Assembly (NCBI GenBank): GCA_023426345.1
Contig: JAFAAX010000006.1
Span: forward strand, 35,883 to 99,882
Reading direction: 5' to 3'
Source: Actinomycetes bacterium
GTDB taxonomy: Bacteria > Actinomycetota > Actinomycetes > Actinomycetales > Actinomycetaceae
DNA: 64,000 nt
Made by a program: the position numbers and the translations under genes. Each line of letters begins with the position of its first letter. Position 1 is the stretch's first letter. The notes under the pieces are model-generated. The model did no database searches, was not told the DNA's origin, and saw nothing but the letters and a program-made list of their open reading frames with translations. Positions 27,665 to 35,927 of the stretch are shown here, piece by piece.

Positions 27665-28915
27665 TCACTGAGCCGCCTCGGAGACTTCGCCGTCCCCGAT
27701 GCCCTCGGGCACTCCGAGTGAGAACACCACGTCATGGTCGGCCTGGCGGGCGGCCAGCAGATCGTCGGTCCACCCCTCGCCGGCCTCCAGAGCCGGGATG
27801 ACGGCGCGCAGGAGGGGTGTCTGGCCGGCCCAGTAGGAGTCGATCATCGTCGGGACGTACTCCGCTCGGGTGACGGCGAACCGGCCGTCGTTGCGCTCAG
27901 AGACCGTGAAGCGCGAGGTGACGCCCTCGTGCGAGCGGCGCAGGTCATCGGGCGGCGTCGCGATCATGTTGCCGAGCCCGTAGACCACCCACTTCCCGTC
28001 GATGCGTTCCCACGGCTGGACGACGTGGACATGGTGGCCGTAGACCAGATCGATCGCGTCGGACGCGACCAGGGCCCGCGCGCCGTCCACTTGCTGCTGA
28101 GTGGGCGTGCTCTGGTACTCCTCGCCGGCGTGGACCGCTGCCAGGACGATGTCGGCGCCGGCATCGCGGGCGGCCCGCGCGCGGGCGATCATGTCGTCCG
28201 TGTCGAGCAGAGCGACGGACCACTCCCGGCCCTCGGGCAGCGCGAGACCGTTCAACCCGTAGGTCGCGGACACGACGGCGATGCGCACGCCCTGGGCAGT
28301 GACGAAGACCGTCGGGGCCTGGCGCTCCTCGGGTGAACGGAAGGTGCCGGTGTGGAGGACTCCGACGCGGTCGAGCTCGCGCAGCGTCGTCTCGATCCCC
28401 GCGAAACCGCGGTCGATCGAATGGTTCGACGACGTCGTGCACAGGTCCCAGCCCGTTGCGGCGATGGCATCGGCGACCTCTTGGGGCGCGCCGAAGGACG
28501 GGTACCCCGAGGGGTCGGTGCCGTCCGGGGCCATCGGGACCTCCTCGTGGCAGATCGCCATGTCCGCCGACTCGATCGTGGGCCTCATGCCTGCGAACAG
28601 CGGAGCGAAGTCGTAGCGCCCGTTGCCGGTGCGCTGCGCCTCCGCGGCCGCCGACTCCCACAGCCCGGAGTGCCACAGCAGGTCGCCGCTCATGACGATC
28701 GTCGCGGTGCGCCCGCCTTCCTTGAGCGCCGCCGGGTCCGGGGCCGGCGTCGGGGACGAGGGCGGCTCCGCCGGTCCGGTCGGCACGGTCGCGACGGGGA
28801 CGGCCGACGGCGCCGCGACCCGCGGATCGTCGTCGAGCGCGGCGCAGGCCGCAACGGGCGCGACGCCCAGGACGAGCGCCGCGAAGACGATGAGCGCACG
28901 ACGGCGGACGGTCAT
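27665..28915 (-). CDS. CapA-family metallophosphatase-fold exported protein
   Basis: N-terminal signal, GDLLWH, SSNHSID, HAGEEY, GHHVHV, YGLGN. Confidence 0.85.
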   Translation of the reverse strand: MTVRRRALIVFAALVLGVAPVAACAALDDDPRVAAPSAVPVATVPTGPAEPPSSPTPAPDPAALKEGGRTATIVMSGDLLWHSGLWESAAAEAQRTGNGRYDFAPLFAGMRPTIESADMAICHEEVPMAPDGTDPSGYPSFGAPQEVADAIAATGWDLCTTSSNHSIDRGFAGIETTLRELDRVGVLHTGTFRSPEERQAPTVFVTAQGVRIAVVSATYGLNGLALPEGREWSVALLDTDDMIARARAARDAGADIVLAAVHAGEEYQSTPTQQQVDGARALVASDAIDLVYGHHVHVVQPWERIDGKWVVYGLGNMIATPPDDLRRSHEGVTSRFTVSERNDGRFAVTRAEYVPTMIDSYWAGQTPLLRAVIPALEAGEGWTDDLLAARQADHDVVFSLGVPEGIGDGEVSEAAQ

Positions 28916-29076
28916 GGGTCCAGGCTACCGGTGGGTCGCCCCTGTCGGTCGGCCGCCGGAGCGCTCCCGCACGACCGGCAACCGCCCTCGCGGGGCGGAG
29001 AGGAGTGAACCGTGCAGGTGGGGCCCGGGAGAGCGGGCAGCGCACGGGGCGGACAGGACGGGGTGGCGGTCGCGCC

Positions 29077-30414
29077 TCACCCGGCCGGGAACAGCTCCTC
29101 CAGCGCGCCGACCAGGCCGACGCGCCACGTCGCCCAGTCGTGCCCGCCATGGACGGCGCTGACGTCGACGGCGCGGCAGGGGGACATCGGATCGAAGGCG
29201 AGGCGCTGCGACAGATCGAGGGCGTCCTGGAGCATCGAGCCCTCGAAGGTCCCGGCCTGGAGCCGGATCGAACGCCAGCGCGGCTCCCGCAGCAGAGGGG
29301 CCGACACGGGGAAGCGCCACAGCGAGGCGGACTGGGCGATCGCGTGGCAGACGCGGCCCTCGCCGAGCGCGACGGTCCACAGGGCGGCCATCCCGCCCAG
29401 GCTCTGGCCGGCGACGGCCGTGTCGCAGCCGCGAGGGCTCACCGGGTAGGTCGCGCGCACGCGCGGCAGGATGCGGTCGAGCACGGCGTCGACCTGCCCG
29501 CCGGGCACTCCCAGTCGCGCCCAGCGCGACTCCTGGTCCTGGGAGTCCACCATGACCACGTGGAGGGGCGCGATGAGTCGCTGGTCGATCAGGGCGTCCA
29601 GGATCGCCGGCAGTCCGATCGCGTCCTTCCACACCTGGCCGTCGAAGAGGACGAGCAAGGGCGTGCGCACGGCCTCGCACTGTTCCGGAGGCGCGTACAC
29701 CCAGGCCCGCTCGGCGGGACGGGGTCCGTCTGCGGGGAAGTCCAGGCGCTCGACGCCGCCGGCGGGCGCGCCGGTCCAGTCGATCCAGTCCTCGGCGGGG
29801 GCCAGCGGACCGCAGGCCACCGACCAGTGGCTCCCGAAGGAGCCCTGGACCGCGTGGGAGCCCAGGGGATCCATCGCCGCGGCCTCCATCGCGGCGCGGC
29901 GCACCTCCATGCGCCCCTGCGCGGCGCGCCACGGGGCGGTCCGATCCCCGACGTGCACGGCGATGCCGTAGGAGCCCCGCCAGTCGGCGGGCAGGCGAAG
30001 GGTGATCGTCCACAGGTCCGCGCAGTGGTTGCCGTCCGGGACCTTCTCGAACTCGGAGGCTCCGACATCGGTGTGGTCGAAGACGCCGTTGATCCAGAGC
30101 AGCACGCCGGAGGCGCCCGGCGCGTCGGCGATCCACGTGTAGAGGCGCATCGCGGCGTCGCCCTCGGGGTCGGAGCTGATGACGGGGTTCTGGCGCACCC
30201 CGCCCATGCGCCGCGCGGCGGCGCCGTCCCCGTCGTCCCCGATGACGTCGAGGACGCCCAGGACGCCGAGCGGCGTGGGGACGCGGGGGACCGCGCCGTC
30301 GTGGTCGGGGACCTGGCTGCGGCGCTCGCGGTGGATCGAACCCAGCCGGTCGCACCAGTCGCGGGGCACTCGAGTGCCGGTGAGATCGCGGTCGGGGCGG
30401 GACTGGGTGGTCAT
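29077..30414 (-). CDS. fes: Enterochelin esterase-like alpha/beta hydrolase
   Basis: LRLPADWRGSY, VLFDG, AGQSLGG nucleophile, GGHDWATW; sits in siderophore cluster. Confidence 0.85.
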   Translation of the reverse strand: MTTQSRPDRDLTGTRVPRDWCDRLGSIHRERRSQVPDHDGAVPRVPTPLGVLGVLDVIGDDGDGAAARRMGGVRQNPVISSDPEGDAAMRLYTWIADAPGASGVLLWINGVFDHTDVGASEFEKVPDGNHCADLWTITLRLPADWRGSYGIAVHVGDRTAPWRAAQGRMEVRRAAMEAAAMDPLGSHAVQGSFGSHWSVACGPLAPAEDWIDWTGAPAGGVERLDFPADGPRPAERAWVYAPPEQCEAVRTPLLVLFDGQVWKDAIGLPAILDALIDQRLIAPLHVVMVDSQDQESRWARLGVPGGQVDAVLDRILPRVRATYPVSPRGCDTAVAGQSLGGMAALWTVALGEGRVCHAIAQSASLWRFPVSAPLLREPRWRSIRLQAGTFEGSMLQDALDLSQRLAFDPMSPCRAVDVSAVHGGHDWATWRVGLVGALEELFPAG

Positions 30415-30454
30415 GCGGGATCCTCCGATGCATGGTGCGCGAGGCGCGCGGGAC

Positions 30455-30473
30455 TGAGGTCAGGCTACCCTTA
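30455..30473. promoter_or_regulatory. DtxR/IdeR-type iron box upstream of fes
   Basis: TGAGGTCAGGCTACCCTTA vs consensus TTAGGTTAGSCTAACCTAA. Confidence 0.7.
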
Positions 30474-30568
30474 CCGCCTGGTCAGCGCGATGTGAGATCG
30501 CCGACCGGGCGGGGCGGCCGTCTCCCAGATCCGGGCGACCGCCTCCCGCGGGGTCGGCCGGGCGCGAT

Positions 30569-31430
30569 TCAGCGGCCCGCCAGCAGCCGGCCCATCGAGT
30601 CCGGCCGCAGGCGGGACCCCTCGGGCAACGACACCCGGGACTCGTCGGGGACGCGGTCGTTGGAGGAGGCCTCGGCGTAGGCGGTCTCCGTCGCGCCGCG
30701 GTGCCAGTAGCCGATGATCAGCTGATTCTCCCGGGGGAGTCCGAGGGCGCGGACGTGACGGCGGACCTCGCGCACGACGCGGGACTCGGCGGAGACCCAC
30801 ACGAAGCCGTCCTCCAGGGGATCCGCCAGAGGGGCCTCCAGCGCGGAGTCGAGCAGCAGCGCGGACTCGCCGGGAGGGCGGCCGCCGCGATGGAGCCAGC
30901 GGACCTCCACGCCGTCCGGGACGGACAATGCCTGGTGGTCCTCCGGCCCGTCGATCTCGAGCAGCGCGAGTCCGCGCTGGCCGACGGGCAGTTGCTCGAG
31001 GATCGCGGATGCGGCGGGCAGACCCGTGTCGTCGGCCACAAGCATCATCCACGGCCGCGGCGCAGGCAGCCGTCCGCCGCCGCCGAGCGCTCCCAGGGTG
31101 TCGCCGGGGCGGGCGCGCTCGACCCATGACGAGGCCAGTCCCTCCTCTCCGTGCCGGACGAAGTCGATGTCCAGCGTCGCGGCGCCCGTGTCGTAGGAGC
31201 GCACTGTGTAGGTGCGCACGCGGGCCCGCTGCTCGGGGGCGATGCGGTGGTGGTCCGCCCGGGAGGGGCCGGGCAGAGGCACCGCGTCATCCGGGAAGAA
31301 CAGCTTGATGTTCGGGGATGCGTGCCTCCGAGAGGTAGTCGGCGACGCCGGGTCCGGCGAAGCGCACGCGACGCATCGACGCGGAGACGTCGAGGATCCG
31401 GGCGACCTCGATCAAGGCGGGCAGGCTCAT
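30569..31430 (-). pseudogene. Siderophore-interacting protein (ViuB/YqjH family), frameshifted
   Basis: N-terminus MSLPALIEV..MRRVRF stops at 31287; the other frame continues NIKLFFP..RTYTVR..DFVRHG..ADDTGLPA..GYW; removing one base of the G run at 31314-31317 joins them. Confidence 0.8.
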
Positions 31431-32401
31431 GCGGGGGTCCTCTCCGGGCCGGCGCCGGTGCTTCCTCCGGCGGCGTGGGTGGCGGCGTGCGCGTCGGGAC
31501 GGGTCCGGGTCGGCGCGCGGGCGGCGTCCAGGGGCACGATCATCGGGCGGCCGTTGACGGGGTCGGGCAGGCACAGGCATTCGATGTCGTAGACGTCGCC
31601 GATCAGCTCGGCCGTGACGATGTCCTGCGGCGCGCCCGCGGTGACCACGGCCCCGTCCTTCATGACGATGAGATGGGTGGCGTAGCGGAACGCCAGGTTG
31701 AGGTCGTGGAGGACCGCGACCAGGGTGTAGCGCCCCGTCGCGTGGAGGTCCCGGCACAGATCGAGGATCTCCAACTGGTGGGTGATGTCGAGGAACGTCG
31801 TGGGCTCGTCCAGGAGCAGTAGTGGGGTCTCCTGGGCCAGCACCAGGGAGAGCCACACGCGCTGGCGCTGCCCGCCGGAGAGCTCGTCGACCAGGCGTCC
31901 GCCCAGATCCGCCACGCCGGTCGCGGCGAGCGCCCGCGCGACGGCCGCGTCGTCGTCGGGCGACCACTGCCGCAGCATCGACTGATGGGGGAAGCGCCCG
32001 CGCGCCACCAGGTCGCGCACGGTGATGCCCTGCGGGCTGGTCGAGGACTGGGGCAGCAGCCCCAGTCGGCGCGCGACGGCCTTCGAGGAGTGCTCGCGGA
32101 TGTCACGCCCGTCCAGGACGACGGTGCCGGCGCGGGGCGCCATCAGGCGCGACAGCGCGCGCAGCAGCGTCGACTTCCCGCACGCGTTGGGCCCGATGAT
32201 CACCGTGAACGAGTGATCGGGGACGCTGACGTCCAGGTGCTCGGAGACCGTGCGCTCCGGTCCGTATCCGAGGGTCAGCCCGTCCCCGCGCAGCGGGGCG
32301 CCCTCGTCACGGGGTGGTCGGGCGCCACCCGGGATCGACGAGGGCGGCCCGCTGGGTGCGGTCCCGGCGGAGGGGCGCGGTGAGGGGAGGCGCGGCGTCA
32401 T
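31427..32401 (-). CDS. fepC: Iron-siderophore ABC transporter ATP-binding protein
   Basis: GPNACGKS, LSGGQRQR, LLLDEPT, VLHDLN. Confidence 0.9.
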   Translation of the reverse strand: MTPRLPSPRPSAGTAPSGPPSSIPGGARPPRDEGAPLRGDGLTLGYGPERTVSEHLDVSVPDHSFTVIIGPNACGKSTLLRALSRLMAPRAGTVVLDGRDIREHSSKAVARRLGLLPQSSTSPQGITVRDLVARGRFPHQSMLRQWSPDDDAAVARALAATGVADLGGRLVDELSGGQRQRVWLSLVLAQETPLLLLDEPTTFLDITHQLEILDLCRDLHATGRYTLVAVLHDLNLAFRYATHLIVMKDGAVVTAGAPQDIVTAELIGDVYDIECLCLPDPVNGRPMIVPLDAARAPTRTRPDAHAATHAAGGSTGAGPERTPA

Positions 32402-33504
32402 ACAGACCTCGATCGGGTGAGGATCCACAGCAGGTAGACCCCGCCCAGCGCGCCGGTGACCAGTCCGACGGGCAGTGCGGCGCTGACGGGGAGATGGACG
32501 GAGACGAGGTCCGCGCAGAGCAGCAGCGCGGCCCCCATCAGGGCGGAGGAGATGACCTGGACGCGGGCGGCCCGGGTGAGCCGCGCCGCGATCTGCGGGG
32601 CGGCCAGCGCGACGAAGGCGATGGGCCCGGCGCCCGCGACGGCGGCGGCAGTCAGTGTCACGCCCAGGAACATGACGGCGAGGCGGATGCGCTCGGCGCG
32701 CAGGCCCAGTTGCCCGGCCTGGTCGTCTCCCATCTCCAGGATGTCCAGGCGCCGCGACATGGCGACGAGCACAGGCAGGACGACCACGACGGCCAGCAGG
32801 GGCGGCCAGGCGTCGTCCCAGGTGCGCGCGTTGAGCGAGCCGGAGAGCCACACGCGCGCCTGGGTGGCCAGGTCCAGATCGCCGCGCGCCATGACCAGGG
32901 TGTTGACGGCGCCGACGAAGGCGCTCACGCCGATGCCCACCAGGACCAGGCGATAGCCGCCCGACACGCCGTCCTTGCGCGCCAGGGCGTAGACGGCGGC
33001 GGCGGTGAGCAGGCCCGTGACGACGGCCGCGCCGGTGGTGGCGGCCGGGCCGGCACCGATGAGGACGATCTGGACGACCGCGCCGGTGGCGGAGCCGGTG
33101 GTGAAGCCGATGATGTCGGGCGAGCCCAGGGCGTTGCGCGAGACGGACTGGAAGACGCAGCCGGCGGCTCCCAGCGCCATGCCGACCGCGACGGCGGTGG
33201 CGACGCGGGGGACGCGGATCTGCCACAGGACCCGCGCGGTCTTCTCGGCGTCGGCGTGCCCGGTCAGGGCGTCGAGCACCTGGGAGACGGACAGTGCGAC
33301 GCTGCCCGACATCAGGGACGCCGCGGCGGCGGCCAGGATCACGGCGGCCAGCGCGGAGCCGACCATCAGCGTGCGGCGCTCGACGCCGAGACGGACGCCG
33401 CCCAGTTCCACGCGGAGCGCGCGCCGCGCGGCGTCCCGCCCTCCCCGCCGGGCCTCATCCGGCGCGGCGGGGGGCGGAGGGGACGTTCCGGGAGCGGCGG
33501 TCAC
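32398..33504 (-). CDS. fepG: Iron-siderophore ABC permease (FecCD family)
   Basis: IRVPR, QSVSRNALGSPDIIG, GPIAFVALAAPQIA; GTG start inferred. Confidence 0.85.
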   Translation of the reverse strand: MTAAPGTSPPPPAAPDEARRGGRDAARRALRVELGGVRLGVERRTLMVGSALAAVILAAAAASLMSGSVALSVSQVLDALTGHADAEKTARVLWQIRVPRVATAVAVGMALGAAGCVFQSVSRNALGSPDIIGFTTGSATGAVVQIVLIGAGPAATTGAAVVTGLLTAAAVYALARKDGVSGGYRLVLVGIGVSAFVGAVNTLVMARGDLDLATQARVWLSGSLNARTWDDAWPPLLAVVVVLPVLVAMSRRLDILEMGDDQAGQLGLRAERIRLAVMFLGVTLTAAAVAGAGPIAFVALAAPQIAARLTRAARVQVISSALMGAALLLCADLVSVHLPVSAALPVGLVTGALGGVYLLWILTRSRSV

Positions 33505-34664
33505 AGCTCGCTCACCCGGCCCCGGCGGACCAGTGCGACGAAGAACGGCGCGCCGATCATGGCGGTCATCACGCCTGCTCCGACCTCTCCCGGATGCAGG
33601 ACGAGTCGGCCCAGCAGGTCCGCGGCGAGCACGGCCAGGGCGGCGATGACGCAGGAGTAGGGGAGGACCCACCGGTGGTCGGGGCCGGTGAGGGCCCGTG
33701 CGACGTGGGGCGCGGCCAGGCCGACGAAGGACACGGGACCGATGGCGGCGGTGGCCCCGCCGGCCAGGACCATGACGGCCACGTTGGTGAGCGTCCAGGT
33801 CCGGCGCACGTCGACGCCCAGGGCCCGCGCCATGTCGGTTCCCAGGGAGACGGAATTCAGCGGCCCGGACAGCGCCATCGCCAGGAGCAGCCCGATGAGC
33901 AGGCACGTGCCGACGACGGGCAGAGACTCCCCTCCGCGTCCCTGCAGCGATCCGGTCGCCCAGTTGCGGAACTGGTCGAGGACCTGCTGGGGGCTGGACA
34001 GGATGACGATGTTGGTGAGGGCCATCAGCGTCATCGACAGCCCGGCGCCGGCCAGGACCAGGCGGACGGGATTGACCCCGGCCTCGCCGGCGCGTCCCAG
34101 GCGGTGGACGACGACGGCCGCCAGTCCGGCGCCCGCGAAGGCGAACCAGACGGACACCGTGATCGCGGTCGACCCGGTGAGGGACATGCCGATGACCACG
34201 CCGAACGCGGCGCCGGCATTGACGCCGAGCGTGCCGGGCTCCGCCAGCGCGTTGCGCGTCAGCGACTGCATGAGCGCCCCGGCCAGGCCCAGGCATCCAC
34301 CGGCCAGGACCGCGAGGATCGTGCGGGGCACGCGGAGCTCGCGCACCACCAGATGAGCGTCGTCGCCGGGGTCGAAGGCGGCCACCGCGTTCCAGACGGT
34401 CGGCAGGTCGATCACCCGGGAGCCCACGGCGACGGAGGCGGCCATCAGAGGGGGCACGAGCAGGCACAGGGCCATCAGGATCGCGGCGCGGTGGGCGTGG
34501 CGGTCCCGGTGGCGCTCCGGTCGTCCGTCCCGACCGGGGGCGTCCCGGGCAGCGGAGCCGTCGGGGACGCCAGGGACGCCGGGGACGGGGGGACCCGCCA
34601 GGGCGGTGGGCGACGGGCTCGCCGCGCCGCCGTCCCGGCGGGTCGTCCGCGTGGTCAGCGACAC
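33501..34664 (-). CDS. fepD: Iron-siderophore ABC permease (FecCD family)
   Basis: LRVPRT, QSLTRNALAEPG.LGVNAGA, GPVSFVGL; start uncertain. Confidence 0.85.
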   Translation of the reverse strand: MSLTTRTTRRDGGAASPSPTALAGPPVPGVPGVPDGSAARDAPGRDGRPERHRDRHAHRAAILMALCLLVPPLMAASVAVGSRVIDLPTVWNAVAAFDPGDDAHLVVRELRVPRTILAVLAGGCLGLAGALMQSLTRNALAEPGTLGVNAGAAFGVVIGMSLTGSTAITVSVWFAFAGAGLAAVVVHRLGRAGEAGVNPVRLVLAGAGLSMTLMALTNIVILSSPQQVLDQFRNWATGSLQGRGGESLPVVGTCLLIGLLLAMALSGPLNSVSLGTDMARALGVDVRRTWTLTNVAVMVLAGGATAAIGPVSFVGLAAPHVARALTGPDHRWVLPYSCVIAALAVLAADLLGRLVLHPGEVGAGVMTAMIGAPFFVALVRRGRVSEL

Positions 34665-34667
34665 GTG

Positions 34668-35699
34668 TCAGGCGCCCAGGGCGTCCACGACCGCGTCGAT
34701 GAACTGCTTGCCGGAGTAGTAGTCGATCCGGAAGGAGGTCGGGCCCAGCGGGTGGACCTGTCCCTTCTGGACGGCCGGCAGGTTCGCCAGGACCGGGTCG
34801 GACTCGAACGCGGCGACCGTGTCCTCCGTGCCGGTCAGCAGGAACACGGACTCCCCGCCGATGGCGGCCGACAGGTTCTCCAGGGTGACGAAGATGAAGT
34901 CGGAGCGCGCCTGGTCGGAGGTGTCCAGGTCGTCGGGGCCCTCGACGACGTCCAGGCCCAGCGACTCCATCAGTTGGGCGTGGGGACCGGTGAGCTTGCC
35001 CACGGCCGAGTCGTTGCCCGCCCCGTTGTAGGAGACGATGCTGACCCCGCCCTCGGGCGCGGTGATCTTCGCGGCGGCGTCCGCGGCGTAGTCGTCGAAG
35101 TCGGCGGCCGCGGCCGCGGCGTCGTCCTCGAGGCCCGTGGCCGCCCCCAGCTCGGTGGCCAGCTCCTGCCAGGTCTGCTTCGAGTAGTCGACGAGCAGGG
35201 TCGGATACTCGGCGGCGATCTGGTCGTAGTGGTCCGCGACGGAGTCCGCGCCGGAGGTGGAGACGATCACCAGGTCCGGGTCGGCGGCGATGATGGCCTC
35301 CATGTCGAACTGGAAGTCGCTGTAGAGGACCTCGACGCCCTTCTCATCGGCCACGTCGGCCCACTGGGAGAAGAAGCCCTTGTCGTCGGTGAGCGGCCCG
35401 GCGACCGCGGCCGCCGTGGAGACGACGGGGGCGCCCATGGCCAGCAGCGTTCCGGTGATCGACGGCGAGGTCGACACGATGCGCTCGGGCTTGGCTTCCA
35501 GCGTGAGCTCGCCGTGCTCGTCGGTGACGGTGCGCGGCCACGCGCCCTCGCCGGCGTCGGAGGGGGCGGTCGTCGCCGCGGATTGGGCGGAGTCGGACTG
35601 GCCGGACGCGCTCTCGGATCCGCCTGAGCAGGCGGCCATCGACAGGGCGGCCGCGCCGGCGACCAGCGTGGTCAGGAGGCGCGTGGTGAGCGCTCGCAT
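34668..35699 (-). CDS. fepB: Siderophore-binding lipoprotein (FepB-like)
   Basis: Lipobox MAAC, WPRTV, PERIVSTS, GFFSQW, SFRIDYYS; RBS GAGGAG. Confidence 0.85.
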   Translation of the reverse strand: MRALTTRLLTTLVAGAAALSMAACSGGSESASGQSDSAQSAATTAPSDAGEGAWPRTVTDEHGELTLEAKPERIVSTSPSITGTLLAMGAPVVSTAAAVAGPLTDDKGFFSQWADVADEKGVEVLYSDFQFDMEAIIAADPDLVIVSTSGADSVADHYDQIAAEYPTLLVDYSKQTWQELATELGAATGLEDDAAAAAADFDDYAADAAAKITAPEGGVSIVSYNGAGNDSAVGKLTGPHAQLMESLGLDVVEGPDDLDTSDQARSDFIFVTLENLSAAIGGESVFLLTGTEDTVAAFESDPVLANLPAVQKGQVHPLGPTSFRIDYYSGKQFIDAVVDALGA

Positions 35700-35764
35700 G
35701 ATGCTCCTCGGAAGGATCGGCAACAGGTCAGAGGTCCCGTGACGTGCGTCGGGACGCCAATACA

Positions 35765-35783
35765 TTAGGTGAGCCTGACCTAA
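35765..35783. promoter_or_regulatory. DtxR/IdeR-type iron box upstream of the fep operon
   Basis: TTAGGTGAGCCTGACCTAA, 19-bp near-consensus palindrome. Confidence 0.9.
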
Positions 35784-35848
35784 TTTTGCGAGTCGTGTCA
35801 GAAAAGGGCTCGCGCGCTGTGTGATCGTGGGGTGTGGACTGTCGCCGG

Positions 35849-35907
35849 ACCGAACTCGCCGAGAAAGAGCACCGAAGTCGCGGGAGAAGAGCACCGAAGT
35901 CGCGGGG
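35849..35907 (+). repeat. 22-bp tandem array, solo arm
   Basis: ACCGAA at 35849, 35871, 35893; ends in AGCACCGAAGTCGCGGGG, identical to 48921-48938. Confidence 0.85.
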
Positions 35908-35927
35908 TTTGGGGTGGGAGCCCCCGC

